Shown: in pieces, positions 47,655 through 59,020 of the stretch
Position numbering within the stretch: position 1 is the first letter of the stretch
Layout of the letters: each line of letters opens with the position of its first letter
Source: an uncultured virus (IMG/VR IMGVR_UViG_3300025314_001151)
Lineage: Duplodnaviria; Heunggongvirae; Uroviricota; Caudoviricetes
IMG/VR virus record: IMGVR_UViG_3300025314_001151
DNA: 64,000 nucleotides
Direction: 5' to 3' (one strand)
Notes under the pieces: model-generated
Told to the model about the DNA's origin: nothing
Seen by the model: only the letters and a program-made list of their open reading frames with translations
Databases searched by the model: none
Position numbers and translations under genes: made by a program

Positions 47655-48642
47655 CTATCAATTTTTTATATAGTTTAATATAATTTTTTGCCATTACTTG
47701 ATAAGTGAAATTTTCTTCTACACGTTTTCGACAATCTTTTTGTTTTATGTTGTCAATATTTCCTATTGCATTCTTTATATCTTCTATACTATTACATATG
47801 AATCCTGTTTTATTATGATCAACTATTTCTGGCATTGCACCATTATTCCATGCTATAACTGGTGTACCACAGCTCATTGCCTCAATGACAACGATGCCAA
47901 AAGATTCTATCCAGTCTCCATGCACCCCTGTGGGAAAGATCAATGCTTTGGCATTCTGATATAATGAAATCTTTTGTTCTTCGGTAACCTCTCCTAAATA
48001 ACTTATGTTAGGATTTACTTTTGATTCTTGTTCTATAGCAGCAGATGTACTACCTCCAAGACCTGCAAAGTCTATTTTTATGCCCATATCTTTTGCTACT
48101 GATAGAGCTACGTCTGCTCCCTTTGCAGGAGTGATGGCACTTAAGAAAAGAAATCTGTTGCTCTTATCTTTTTTAAATACATATTTGGACAGATCGCACC
48201 CATGATGAACCACCTTAATATCTCTTCCTCTATTATGAGGTCTTGCCCAGATGGCCAGTCCCTCTGATATAGCAACAACGTTTCTATGATGGCATTGAGA
48301 TGGATTCTGTTTCCAATGTAGAGTATTCAATACTCTTTTATGAATCTTCCAACAAGGTTTTACATGACTATTATCATGGATCACATCAAATTTTTTTAAT
48401 GTGTGCTTCATATCTATTATTCTTTTTTCAAACTCTTCACATTGTCCAGTTCTTCCCCATCCTTCTTCTATAATTTCGATCAGTTTACCACTTGGAGACT
48501 TGCTACCTTTACACGCAAATAATGTGACGTCTACATCTATTTCTACGAGTCCTTTACATAAATCATATACCATGGATTCGACACCTCCATATCTCTTAGG
48601 AGGGCATGATAAAGCTTCTGTACTTATCAATGCGATTTTCAT
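47638..48642 (-). CDS. Glycosyltransferase family 4
   Basis: PPKRYGGVE; ESFGIVVIEAMSCGTPV. Confidence 0.9.
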   Translation of the reverse strand: MKIALISTEALSCPPKRYGGVESMVYDLCKGLVEIDVDVTLFACKGSKSPSGKLIEIIEEGWGRTGQCEEFEKRIIDMKHTLKKFDVIHDNSHVKPCWKIHKRVLNTLHWKQNPSQCHHRNVVAISEGLAIWARPHNRGRDIKVVHHGCDLSKYVFKKDKSNRFLFLSAITPAKGADVALSVAKDMGIKIDFAGLGGSTSAAIEQESKVNPNISYLGEVTEEQKISLYQNAKALIFPTGVHGDWIESFGIVVIEAMSCGTPVIAWNNGAMPEIVDHNKTGFICNSIEDIKNAIGNIDNIKQKDCRKRVEENFTYQVMAKNYIKLYKKLIDGKHW

Positions 48643-48668
48643 ATATGGGACCTTTAATTTATATCTAG

Positions 48669-48777
48669 AAACAACTTTAATTTATAATTTTTATTATCGT
48701 TATCTTATAACTCTTCTCTCTAAACAACCTTTAATTTATAATTTTTATTATCGTTATCTTATAACTCTTCTCTCTAA
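48669..48777. repeat. Tandem repeat, ~54-nt unit x2
   Basis: TTAATTTATAATTTTTATTATCGTTATCTTATAACTCTTCTCTCTAA repeated. Confidence 0.85.
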
Positions 48778-48800
48778 TATATTTATAAACCCTTTATTTT

Positions 48801-49748
48801 TTATGTCCAATTCCCTATCTTTTTTCTTTCTTTCTTTAGATCAAATCCAATTTCTTGATTAAATTTTAAGTGTTTATTCTTTTTAAAATGTTCAATTAAT
48901 GCCCAAGAACCAGGAAATTTTGTATGGAACATATCCTTCGTCACACGTTGGACCTCGTCAGGAGCCGTGTTTAATCCACACCTACCCTTGCCTCCTAATC
49001 CGTGGACCAATCTACCTTTATAAATGACATTTTCCCATCCAAGATCTGAGTAGCTTATATCCTTAAATTTTCCTGCTGGCATTGCATGAGCATCGTGCGT
49101 CATATGATATACGGATAAGTCAGATTCGTCTACAAAACAAAACTTTCTACCAACTCTTTCAAGAGCCAATCCCATTAATACATCCTCTTCTCTTGTTAGA
49201 TCAGCCATTTCCCAGAAACCATTAACCTTTATGATGCTCTCCAAAGGTGCAGATGCATTTGAAGTAAAGAACCATCCACATGAACAGGGACACTTCTTGC
49301 GCCTAGGATCTTTACCTATTATATGGCTATCTATATTTTCTGTGTATGGAGGTTCTCTATGTTCGACACGAATCACTGAACCTATATGTGAGGTTTTATG
49401 TTTATCTCTGTATATATCCCAGATCTTTTCAAGATAATTTGGTTTTACATAAGAAAAGTCGTCAATAAATACTATTAATTCACCTTCCGCATAAATTAGT
49501 CCAGTATTTCTAGCACAACCTATATTTGCATTAGATCTATAATAAGGTTTTTTTGATTGCATCCACTTTATGTTCAAACCATTAGATCTTCCAAAACTTT
49601 CTATTTGATCTCTTCTATTTATTGGACAGTCATCTACTATTATTATCTCAAATTTCTCTTTTGGAAAAGTCTGTTTGACAAAACTAGGAAGTTGAAAGTC
49701 GACCAATTTTCCAGAACGGATCGTTGGAATTATTAAACTTAATTTCAT
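48801..49748 (-). CDS. Glycosyltransferase family 2
   Basis: SLIIPT, IIVDD, ARNTGL, FIDD, EED. Confidence 0.85.
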   Translation of the reverse strand: MKLSLIIPTIRSGKLVDFQLPSFVKQTFPKEKFEIIIVDDCPINRRDQIESFGRSNGLNIKWMQSKKPYYRSNANIGCARNTGLIYAEGELIVFIDDFSYVKPNYLEKIWDIYRDKHKTSHIGSVIRVEHREPPYTENIDSHIIGKDPRRKKCPCSCGWFFTSNASAPLESIIKVNGFWEMADLTREEDVLMGLALERVGRKFCFVDESDLSVYHMTHDAHAMPAGKFKDISYSDLGWENVIYKGRLVHGLGGKGRCGLNTAPDEVQRVTKDMFHTKFPGSWALIEHFKKNKHLKFNQEIGFDLKKERKKIGNWT

Positions 49749-50782
49749 GTTGTACTATTCCATTTATTATTAAGCTTCACAACATTGCCAGTCTTATATG
49801 ATTCTTTAGCGGCCAGAGCAACTCTTAGTGCTTGTATTCCATCATCTCCTGTAACCAATTCTTCCTCGTTGTTTTTGATGATATTGATAAAATGTGTCAA
49901 TTCTCGCATTAATGGTTCTTCTTTAACAAATTTTATCTCTTCGACCATTTCGCGTCCGTGAATACTAATAGTTTGTCCAGTATAATCCACATATGCCACT
50001 CTCTCAAGACCAACTATATCCAACTTCCTGATCGTATGTGGTGTTAACCAATTAGTTTCTATGATTCCTACCCTTCCATCATCAAATTTCATCATTATCG
50101 ATGCTCTATCTTCTAGAAGATCATCTCTTTTTACTCCCTTTATATTTCCGTCAATTGCATATATGTCTATGGGATATAATGACATTACTCTTCCTTTTGT
50201 CTCTTCTTTACCATACAGATATGATATTATATCAATGTCATGTACTGCGAGGTCGACTATTATACCTACATCTTTCACTCTAGGCGGTAAAGGACCAACT
50301 CTCTTTGCAGAGATGGAAATGACTTGTCCAAGCTTACCTGAGTCTATAATTTCTTTCATTTTTAATACGGCAGGATTAAATCTTTCGACATGTCCTATTA
50401 ATAGTTTCACTCCCATTCTTTTAGCACCATTTACAATTTCTAGAGCATCGTCGAGATTATCTGCTATTGGTTTTTCAACTAGCACTCCACGAATACGTCT
50501 TGCTATACAATCTAATGTTATCACTTTATGCATACTTGTTGGAACACAAATACTGATAGCATCAATATCAGATTCAATTAGATCTATATGATTCGCATAA
50601 CTTTTGCAACCATATTTATCCGCGACTTCCTTAGCTCTATTTCCATCGATATCTGCTATTCCTATAAAATTAACCATACCCATCTTGTGCATATTGCTAT
50701 ATACTTTGGCATGATAACCACCCATTATTCCAGTACCTATTATGCCAACATTGATATTATCTTTGTTTATAATATGTTCCAT
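49745..50782 (-). CDS. Gfo/Idh/MocA oxidoreductase (NDP-sugar 3-dehydrogenase-like)
   Basis: GIIGTGIMG, VEKP, GHVERFNPA, DLAVHDID. Confidence 0.9.
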   Translation of the reverse strand: MEHIINKDNINVGIIGTGIMGGYHAKVYSNMHKMGMVNFIGIADIDGNRAKEVADKYGCKSYANHIDLIESDIDAISICVPTSMHKVITLDCIARRIRGVLVEKPIADNLDDALEIVNGAKRMGVKLLIGHVERFNPAVLKMKEIIDSGKLGQVISISAKRVGPLPPRVKDVGIIVDLAVHDIDIISYLYGKEETKGRVMSLYPIDIYAIDGNIKGVKRDDLLEDRASIMMKFDDGRVGIIETNWLTPHTIRKLDIVGLERVAYVDYTGQTISIHGREMVEEIKFVKEEPLMRELTHFINIIKNNEEELVTGDDGIQALRVALAAKESYKTGNVVKLNNKWNSTT

Positions 50783-50864
50783 TATTTATTCTCCTTTTTT
50801 TTATAATGGCGATATAATCTATAATTATTTTTCCTGTGTTCATATCAGATATAATCATATATAA

Positions 50865-52115
50865 TCATGAGACCATAGTTTGTAACATATCTATAAGTTC
50901 ATCTCTTGCCTGTTCGATGTCAGTTTTGCTCATCTCTTCTGTTTCTACGACAACGTTTCCTTTGAGATCTTTGCCAATCATATGATATTGGCCCAAATCT
51001 CTAGTAAGTATCTTTAAGCCGAACTTTTCTGGATTGTTCCAAGAATCGCAGCCGGGCAAGGGCATAAATGTGCTCACATTCCAAAAATCAGGAGGGCATT
51101 CTTTCAGAAGTTTTTCTGTTTCTCTGACAGTTTCCCACGTTTCTCCTGGGCTTCCAACTATTACACCTACCTTGAGTTGCATGAATTCTTTCACCATTTT
51201 CATAGCTTTAAGATTTAGTTCAACAGTTGTTCCTTTTCTAAGCATATTTAGTATTTTTTGGCTTCCACTTTCCATTCCAATAATTACCTCTCTGCACCCA
51301 CTATCTCTCATGATCTTTAATAACTCTCGGTCCACTGTATCTGCGCGAGTTAAGCATCGCCATACTATGTCTAACTTGGCGAATTCTTCACACATATGGA
51401 TGATTCTTGAACGGTTGACACAGAATGTATCATCATGAAAATTGAAACCTCTATAACCTAAAGTATTGATGACATGCTTAATTTCCGCAACGACATTATC
51501 TACGCTTCTAAAACGTATACGTCTTCCAAATACACAATGGCTACTACAGAATATACACCGATATTTACAACCTCTGCTCGCTATTATCGAAACTGCAGGA
51601 CTTAACATCTTATTTCCTTGCATGATTCCACGTTTATACTTAGACCACTTAATCAAGTGTCTTGCAGGAAATTTGATCGTATCAAGATCTTTTACTGGTT
51701 CACCTTTTATTATTTTATTGTCATATAATATGTCAGGATTTTTCAATATTCTTTCTAGTACTATCTCACCTTCACCGACTACGACAGTATCGAATTTAGA
51801 ATTATCGATATCATCAGGACTTGCAGAAATATGAGAACCACCACATATTTTCCATTTGTCAGGAAATTCATCTGCTAAACGTTTGCTCAAATTCACAGTG
51901 GTTGGCCACTGAGGAGATGCTGATGTAACAGCATATATATCTGCCTCAGGAAGATTATCTTGAAGTGTCTCCATGTGTACGATTTCTGGTTGCCAATTCT
52001 GTTGTTCTGCAACTGCCGCAAGATACATCAGAGGAAATGGTGGATCAAGCTGATCTCTCAGAAATCCAATCGGTGGTTCTATAAAGCACGCTTTTCTGTT
52101 CATATTTTCATCCAA
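50865..52115 (-). CDS. B12-binding radical SAM enzyme (class B methyltransferase-like)
   Basis: GGSH, VVGEGE, SRGCKYRCIFC, GMESGS. Confidence 0.9.
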   Translation of the reverse strand: MDENMNRKACFIEPPIGFLRDQLDPPFPLMYLAAVAEQQNWQPEIVHMETLQDNLPEADIYAVTSASPQWPTTVNLSKRLADEFPDKWKICGGSHISASPDDIDNSKFDTVVVGEGEIVLERILKNPDILYDNKIIKGEPVKDLDTIKFPARHLIKWSKYKRGIMQGNKMLSPAVSIIASRGCKYRCIFCSSHCVFGRRIRFRSVDNVVAEIKHVINTLGYRGFNFHDDTFCVNRSRIIHMCEEFAKLDIVWRCLTRADTVDRELLKIMRDSGCREVIIGMESGSQKILNMLRKGTTVELNLKAMKMVKEFMQLKVGVIVGSPGETWETVRETEKLLKECPPDFWNVSTFMPLPGCDSWNNPEKFGLKILTRDLGQYHMIGKDLKGNVVVETEEMSKTDIEQARDELIDMLQTMVS

Positions 52116-52597
52116 ATTTTATTTACTTTTTCAATATCTTTTTTATCTGTTACCATATATTCGTCATACAATTGAGAATTCTTCACGATCGTAATACTGA
52201 CAATATTTAATGTTACTTCTTTTGGAAAAATATATATTCTTTCTATTTCATCTTTACTAACACAATAAAAAACATGTATATCAATATTTTTGTTCCAATC
52301 TCTATTTAAACCTCTAATTCCCCATCCTCCTTCCTTCCCACAACTTTTACGAAAACTACTTATTTTTGTTTGTGGTATCTTTCCATTCCTAGGATATAAT
52401 ATACTTCTATTTGTTATTTCATTCCTTTCTATACATTTCGAACATATATTTGTCTTACTATAGGATTTTGGTTGTATCGCATCTTCCATATCTTCCATAA
52501 CAGGATTCCATATTACTTTAACAGGATTAAACCACGTATTTATAACTACCCATTCGAAATTGATACCGTCTTTGGATACTCTTATCTTATGTGTCAT
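52100..52597 (-). pseudogene. Internally deleted member of the nuclease family
   Basis: One CxxC, then C-terminal FYCVSKDEIERIYIFP; central part missing relative to 35581. Confidence 0.5.
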
Positions 52598-52622
52598 ATC
52601 TACCTCGCATTTTATCTATATC

Positions 52623-53567
52623 TCAATTCTTGAGCATTTTCCACCATGAGATATATTTTCTAAGTCCTTCTTCTAGAGAAACTTTGGGCTTGAAACCATA
52701 AGATTTAGCCAATGATGTATCCGCCTCCAATTTGAACACATCATTCGGTCTACGTTCTGCATATATAAACTTGTTTTCTATATCATTTTCTGTACCATTT
52801 TCTATAATTTCTCCATATATCTTCATAATGGTTGTAGCAAGCTCCTTTATTGATATTGCCTTTCCACTTCCAATGTTCACAATTTCACCATCTTCAAGCT
52901 TCGATAGTAAAACTATACCTTCTGCAGTGTCAGTTACATAGGTGAAATCGCGACTTTGTTCTCCTGTCCATTCTATTATTGGATATTCTCCATTCTCTAG
53001 TCTGCGAATGAACGCTGTTATGACTGCTGAATATTGATCATTCCTATGGTTGGGACCATATGCATTAAATGGTCTTATTATGACTGCAGGGACACCATAA
53101 TACTTGTTGAAGTGCTTTACATACTCTTCTCCCATCAGTTTTGAGAGTCCATAAATTGATTGAGGTTCTGTTGGATGATCCTCTTTCATCGGAGGAAACT
53201 TGCATGTGCCATAGATTTCACTGGAGCTTACATAGACCATTTTTGTATGTGCCTCGTATGCCGCAAGACAGACATTGAATGTTCCTCCAACATTTACTTC
53301 TTGTGCAATGATAGGATTTTCATTACACTTCATCAGGCACTGGACAGCTAGATGAAATACTATATCTGTCTTTGATACCAGTTTTCTCATTAGACCTATA
53401 TCACAAATACTTCCTTTAACAATTTCAATATTTCCAATATCATCCAGATGTTCCATCTTTCCAACGGAAAAATCATCGACAACTGTAACATCATCTCCTC
53501 TGTCGACCAATACTTTAACAAGACCGCTTCCGATAAAGCCCGCACCACCAGTAACTAAAGATCTCAT
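52623..53567 (-). CDS. NAD-dependent nucleotide-sugar epimerase/dehydratase
   Basis: TGGAGFIGS, SSSEIYG, YGLSK. Confidence 0.9.
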   Translation of the reverse strand: MRSLVTGGAGFIGSGLVKVLVDRGDDVTVVDDFSVGKMEHLDDIGNIEIVKGSICDIGLMRKLVSKTDIVFHLAVQCLMKCNENPIIAQEVNVGGTFNVCLAAYEAHTKMVYVSSSEIYGTCKFPPMKEDHPTEPQSIYGLSKLMGEEYVKHFNKYYGVPAVIIRPFNAYGPNHRNDQYSAVITAFIRRLENGEYPIIEWTGEQSRDFTYVTDTAEGIVLLSKLEDGEIVNIGSGKAISIKELATTIMKIYGEIIENGTENDIENKFIYAERRPNDVFKLEADTSLAKSYGFKPKVSLEEGLRKYISWWKMLKN

Positions 53568-54505
53568 ACCATCCTCCTAAAGAAATCCACTGTACTCTGC
53601 AATCCTTCTTCAAGATTCACTCTTGGAGACCAACCAAGGATTGATTTGATTTTGTTAATATCTGCCTGAACATGTCTCAAAAACATTGGATGACTACGAT
53701 TGTAGAACGGTGATGATTCGTTCCCTGTCAACTTATTTACCAGCATAGCTAGTTCGTTCATCGAAATCGATGTGCCACTCCCAACATTGAAAGTCTCGTT
53801 TTCAGCACGCTTATCCAGAGCTAGAATAAATGCATCAGCAACATCTCTAACATAGACGAAGTCCAGAGATTGTGTGCCGTCGTCATGAATCTCCAACGGC
53901 TGTCTATTCAGTGCCTTTTTGATCCAGGTTGAGATAACAGAAGTATAGAGATCATCAGGATATTGACGTGGACCATAAACATTAAACAACCTGAAAATTG
54001 TATAGTTAACCTTATCAGGATGTGACGATTGAAGAATTTTTTCACCTGCTAGTTTCGTGATACCGAGCAGGTCTTTTGCATTTGTAGGACATTCCTCATT
54101 CAGATATTCACAGCCCTTCGTAGGATCTCCGTATACAAAGCTCGAAGATGCAAATATTATTCTATCGACTCCGTTAGATGCACATGCGCTTTTAAGGTTC
54201 CACATTCCTTTGATATTGACGTCGATTGCCATATCTGGATATTTTTCACAATAATGGCTGAAAATTCCTCCAAGATGAAAAACAATATCAGTTTCTTTTG
54301 TTATATCTTTTAATGTATCATAATCTCTGAGATCTCCTTTGACAATATTTGCATCTCTATTTATTATGGATGGATGTTTATAGCTTCTGAAGCCACTAAC
54401 CAATACATATGTTTCAATATTGTTATCAATAAGGCGATCAATTATGTGAGATCCGATAAATCCAGCACCTCCCGTAACTAATGCTCTGCTATTAAACTTT
54501 TTCAT
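53564..54505 (-). CDS. NAD-dependent epimerase/dehydratase-like protein lacking the catalytic Tyr
   Basis: TGGAGFIGS; YxxxK position reads LGITK. Confidence 0.85.
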   Translation of the reverse strand: MKKFNSRALVTGGAGFIGSHIIDRLIDNNIETYVLVSGFRSYKHPSIINRDANIVKGDLRDYDTLKDITKETDIVFHLGGIFSHYCEKYPDMAIDVNIKGMWNLKSACASNGVDRIIFASSSFVYGDPTKGCEYLNEECPTNAKDLLGITKLAGEKILQSSHPDKVNYTIFRLFNVYGPRQYPDDLYTSVISTWIKKALNRQPLEIHDDGTQSLDFVYVRDVADAFILALDKRAENETFNVGSGTSISMNELAMLVNKLTGNESSPFYNRSHPMFLRHVQADINKIKSILGWSPRVNLEEGLQSTVDFFRRMV

Positions 54506-55619
54506 ATATAAATGTCCCCTCCTGGTAGTTCTTGTCTCCAGATAACCGCTTATTTCTTTCCTCAGTCAGATCTATTTTTTCCTGATGTGTCCGCCAGTAG
54601 TCAAACCATTTCTTCTCGCTTTTATAACCGTATCCTTCCTTATGTTCAAATGGAAACTGCCATGGATTTTGAGTTCTACATTGTTCTCTGACTATGCATT
54701 GTTGACCACAGTATTCATCTTTTATCCATTTGATATCATCATCAGTCAATTCATGATCGTTAGCTCTGAAGTGATTACGAGAACGTGACCACCATATGAG
54801 CGGGAGATTACATTTAATACTAGGTCCAACCTTTAATAGTTTTGGATTCCATATGTTTGTATTTGTCAGTGCTCGAATTGAAAACAAGTCTCGGAAGAGA
54901 GCAAATTTATCAAATCCAGCCAATTGAAGACGTGAACCTACATCACAATCGGACAACATACGGTCTCCATCAAATTTCTGGTCAAAACCATTTATCTTGA
55001 GCATTGCATCCAATGGAGTGGATGAACAGCCAAACCACCATTCCCATGGGGCATGATAAACTTCTTTGTCGTTTTCCTTAAAAGCAACTAAAGGTCTGTG
55101 TTCAATGGTAATTTTCTGTCCAGTGTATCCCGAAATATTGTAAGGAATTGGTGGTACTTCAGTGTCTGCTGGATTGATTTGATCATTCGGAGCAAAAGTA
55201 TTATCATAAAAATACCAGGCAAATGGAAAGTATCCCTGTTTGTAATGCGTCCATAATTTATCACAGAAATCAGGCATGAACAGATATCCTTCTCCCACAA
55301 AGTAGAGAAGTTCGCCATCCGCGTAAATTATTCCCTTATTATATTGGGTACAAACGCCACACAGACCTACATCATGCCATACATTAGGATGAGCTGGCAC
55401 ATGTTTTACACGAAAGGGAAGCTTCATATTTTTGAAATAGTCTTTGCGTTCATCATATAGATGATCCACGATTATCCATTCAAAGTCCTTCATGGTTTGT
55501 GCCTTGAATGACTCCATGGTAGGTTCAAATATATGCAAGTCGGGTCTACCAACATATGGATAGTCAGTTCTTGCAGAAATCGTTACAAATGATATTTTCA
55601 TTACAAATGATATTTTCAT
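54492..55619 (-). CDS. Divergent GT2-like glycosyltransferase
   Basis: FEWIIVD, NKGIIYADGE, INGFDQKFDG. Confidence 0.7.
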   Translation of the reverse strand: MKISFVMKISFVTISARTDYPYVGRPDLHIFEPTMESFKAQTMKDFEWIIVDHLYDERKDYFKNMKLPFRVKHVPAHPNVWHDVGLCGVCTQYNKGIIYADGELLYFVGEGYLFMPDFCDKLWTHYKQGYFPFAWYFYDNTFAPNDQINPADTEVPPIPYNISGYTGQKITIEHRPLVAFKENDKEVYHAPWEWWFGCSSTPLDAMLKINGFDQKFDGDRMLSDCDVGSRLQLAGFDKFALFRDLFSIRALTNTNIWNPKLLKVGPSIKCNLPLIWWSRSRNHFRANDHELTDDDIKWIKDEYCGQQCIVREQCRTQNPWQFPFEHKEGYGYKSEKKWFDYWRTHQEKIDLTEERNKRLSGDKNYQEGTFIYEKV

Positions 55620-55621
55620 GT

Positions 55622-56758
55622 TTAACTCCTTATGGTAATGAAAGTTCCTTCTGAGTATTTTTTATCTCCCCATATCCTCTTTTCTCTTTCCTTAACCATA
55701 TCTATTTCTATCTGATGTGTTCTCCAATAATCAAACCATTTTTTCTCGCTTTTATAGCCATATCCTTCCTTATGTTCAAATGGAAATTGCCATGGATGTT
55801 GAATCCTGCATTGTTCTCTAATTTGGCACTGTTTGCCACAGTATTCATCTTTCATCCATTTTATGTCCATATCAGTAATTTGATGGTCATTTGCCTTGAA
55901 GCGCTTACGATCACGAGACCACCATATGAGTGGAAGATTACATTTAATACTGGGTGAATCCTTCGGTAGTTTTGGATTCCAGACACTTATATCAGTCCAT
56001 ATTCGGACTGTAAATAAGTCTCGAAAAAGAGCAAATTTGTCAATCCCTGCTAATTGAAGACGCGAACCTACGTCACAATCGAGTAGCATTCGATCTCCAT
56101 CAAATCTTTGGTCAAAACCATTTATCCTAATCATCGCTGTGAGTGGAGCAGATGAACAGCCAAACCACCATTCCCATGTAGCAGGATAAACTTCTTTATT
56201 GTTCCCCTTAAAAGCATATATTGGTCTGTGCTCAAGCGTTATATTCTTTCCGGTGTATCCCAAAATATTATACGGAATAGGTGATGCTGTATCTTCTGGA
56301 TATGTCGTTCTCCAGAATGGTTCGGATTTAACTACATCTTTCGGAGCAAAAGTATTATCATAGAAATACCATACAAGTGGAACATATCCCTGTTTGTAAT
56401 ACGTCCACAGTCTATCACAAAAATTAGGCATGAAAAGATACCCCTCTCCCATAAAATAGATAAGCTCACCATCCGCATAAATTATACCCTTATTATATTG
56501 GGTACAAACACCACACAAGCCTACATCGTGCCATACATTAGGATGAGCTGGCACATGTTTTACACGAAAGGAAAGCTTCATATTTTTGAAATAGTCTTTT
56601 CGTTCATCATATAGATGATCCACGATTATCCATTCAAAGTCCTTCATGGTTTGTGCCTTGAATGACTCCATGGTAGGTTCAAATATGTTCAAGTCTGGTC
56701 TACCGAAATAAGGATTATCGGTGCGTGCTGTTATCATCACAAATGATATTTTAGGCAT
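55622..56758 (-). CDS. Divergent GT2-like glycosyltransferase, close tandem paralog
   Basis: Long near-identical blocks with 54492..55619. Confidence 0.7.
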   Translation of the reverse strand: MPKISFVMITARTDNPYFGRPDLNIFEPTMESFKAQTMKDFEWIIVDHLYDERKDYFKNMKLSFRVKHVPAHPNVWHDVGLCGVCTQYNKGIIYADGELIYFMGEGYLFMPNFCDRLWTYYKQGYVPLVWYFYDNTFAPKDVVKSEPFWRTTYPEDTASPIPYNILGYTGKNITLEHRPIYAFKGNNKEVYPATWEWWFGCSSAPLTAMIRINGFDQRFDGDRMLLDCDVGSRLQLAGIDKFALFRDLFTVRIWTDISVWNPKLPKDSPSIKCNLPLIWWSRDRKRFKANDHQITDMDIKWMKDEYCGKQCQIREQCRIQHPWQFPFEHKEGYGYKSEKKWFDYWRTHQIEIDMVKEREKRIWGDKKYSEGTFITIRS

Positions 56759-56894
56759 GCTCTATCTTCTACAGTTTCCTTCTTTTTCAGCAAGATATTT
56801 TTCGTCGTATTGCGTCACATCAAATTGTAGTTCTTTCATATTATTCTCCTATTTTATATATATTTCTACATCCACTATTATATCCATATATTTT

Positions 56895-57977
56895 CTACCC
56901 TTCTTTTCTTAATCTTTCATTTCTCAATTCTGTCAAATTAAATATTGGAGGGTTGTTGAACCAGTACATTAATAATTCATACTCGTATGTCCCCGGTACT
57001 GGTCTGGGAACGTTCCATTTTGTTCCATGTTTAACAATCTGTTCTAGTTCCATACCAGTCAACTTGTAATCATTGGCCGTCGTCTTATTTTTTTGCTTAT
57101 TCAATATCAGTAAACTGTAATTGCTTCTATAACACAATTTTGGCATTCCAAACAAAGTATCTTTTGGAATACTTGCATGGGCCCTCTCTACTAACCAAAG
57201 ATTTTTGTCACACACCATTTTATATCCCAATTTTTCAAGTCTTATTCCTGCCTCTACGTCAGTTAGGGCCCTTTCACCATCAAAGTTGCAGTCATATCCA
57301 TTTATTTTTAACATACTCTCCAAGCTACTACTTCCATAACCATAAAAATGTTCCCCGGGACAATAATATATTCCAGTCCCGTCCCCAGCTTTTATTTCTT
57401 CATCTTCGACAAATTTCCATCTGGAATCTCTGAGTATGTCCTTCAAGTAACCCATCTCTACCAATTTCTTAGTTGTTTCAACTGATCTACCAGTGTCACC
57501 ATGTCCATTATTTATGATCTCACTAACAAACAATGGTTTATTTCCTTTGTAATAAACTACTAACGCTTGAGGAAAGTATCCTTTTTGGTACCAATTCCAA
57601 TATAATGATAGTATATTATCTTTTGGCAAAAATCCACAGTCTCCGAACCATAACAGTAATCGTCCATCTGCATATATAGTTCCTAAGTTGAATGACCCTT
57701 GCAATGACCACAAACCTTTATCGTAGGCCCATCTGACCCGTTTGGGTGCATCTTTCATATATACGTGCTTTATATGAAAATGTTTTCTATATTCAGAAAA
57801 GTCGAAATTTCTTTCTTTCCTTGTGCCATCAACAATTATTACTTCAAAATTTTTAAATGTCTGCCCTACCAGGCTATCTAAAAATGGCTTAAATTGGTGT
57901 ACATCTTTCATTTCTTCTCCGAGCATAGGATAATCAGGTCGTGCTGTAGCATAAATTATACTTATATCTATAGTCAT
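56895..57977 (-). CDS. Divergent GT2-like glycosyltransferase
   Basis: FEVIIVDG, GTIYADG, INGYDCNFDG. Confidence 0.7.
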   Translation of the reverse strand: MTIDISIIYATARPDYPMLGEEMKDVHQFKPFLDSLVGQTFKNFEVIIVDGTRKERNFDFSEYRKHFHIKHVYMKDAPKRVRWAYDKGLWSLQGSFNLGTIYADGRLLLWFGDCGFLPKDNILSLYWNWYQKGYFPQALVVYYKGNKPLFVSEIINNGHGDTGRSVETTKKLVEMGYLKDILRDSRWKFVEDEEIKAGDGTGIYYCPGEHFYGYGSSSLESMLKINGYDCNFDGERALTDVEAGIRLEKLGYKMVCDKNLWLVERAHASIPKDTLFGMPKLCYRSNYSLLILNKQKNKTTANDYKLTGMELEQIVKHGTKWNVPRPVPGTYEYELLMYWFNNPPIFNLTELRNERLRKEG

Positions 57978-58042
57978 ATATTACTCTTGTTATACTTTGT
58001 ACAATTATCTATTCATGAACCTACATCATGATCGGAAATTTT

Positions 58043-59020
58043 TCATTTTTTTATCATATCGAAAAATATCTTTTTATTTAATTCTGCTAATTTTATTAGT
58101 CCATCTCTTCCAAACTTCCGGTACATATCTTTTACAAATTGGACCTTTGTGTATGAGTTGGCTGTAGGAGTTATCTTAAATGGTATATCATGAGCTATGG
58201 CAAAAATCAAAGGATGATACCTTCCTCCAGAATATACAATCCTGCTCTGGCTTACTAAATACTTCACTTTTCTAGGTTCAAATGGAGATATATTTATTAT
58301 TTGGGAGCCTGGCAATCTATCTTTCAAATATTGACACAATTCTAGATCTACAGGATATCCATCAATATTTTTTGGTGCGCACGCAATAAGTATTGCATCA
58401 TTAGATACATTTTTTAGTTTTTGCATAAGCCAGTCTAACTGTGGTTGATTTGGCACAACATCTTCAAATCTAGGAAATACAGCTATTTTACCAACAGGAC
58501 AATCTTCAAATCTTTGCTCTTTCAGATTCATAGCCGGATCAAAAGTAAGTATAATATTCAAGTTGCCTAATCCAGCACTGACTTCATTAAGTAAGTTTAA
58601 CGAATATTCGTCTCTGACAGTTATAACATCGAAATTCTTGAGGAATTCATAGTATAACTTATGCAATTTAGTAGAATAATACCATCTTCTATTGTATGAT
58701 ACAGCATAATTCATGCATGGTTTTCCACTCGCAAATACACTCAAACATTGTCGCCATGAATAGCCCCAATTTAGTTCTCCTCCTCCCAGCAAATAACAAT
58801 CAAAATCAGTTCTCAGGTCTTCGTGAGACCTTATTTCCACAATATTGTATCCTTTATCTTTCAGAATCTTATAATAGTTATTCCAATTAGTGTTACAATA
58901 TGGCAATGAAGTCGAAATAATATATTCGTTTTCCAATCCTAATTCGTCCATAATAGACTGTAATATCGCTTCATCACCAGAATTGGACCATCCATAGAAG
59001 CCGCAGATGCAAATTCTCAT
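58043..59020 (-). CDS. Polysaccharide pyruvyl transferase family protein
   Basis: GFYGWSNSGDEAIL, GGGE, ITVRDEYS, DPA, RYH. Confidence 0.85.
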   Translation of the reverse strand: MRICICGFYGWSNSGDEAILQSIMDELGLENEYIISTSLPYCNTNWNNYYKILKDKGYNIVEIRSHEDLRTDFDCYLLGGGELNWGYSWRQCLSVFASGKPCMNYAVSYNRRWYYSTKLHKLYYEFLKNFDVITVRDEYSLNLLNEVSAGLGNLNIILTFDPAMNLKEQRFEDCPVGKIAVFPRFEDVVPNQPQLDWLMQKLKNVSNDAILIACAPKNIDGYPVDLELCQYLKDRLPGSQIINISPFEPRKVKYLVSQSRIVYSGGRYHPLIFAIAHDIPFKITPTANSYTKVQFVKDMYRKFGRDGLIKLAELNKKIFFDMIKK

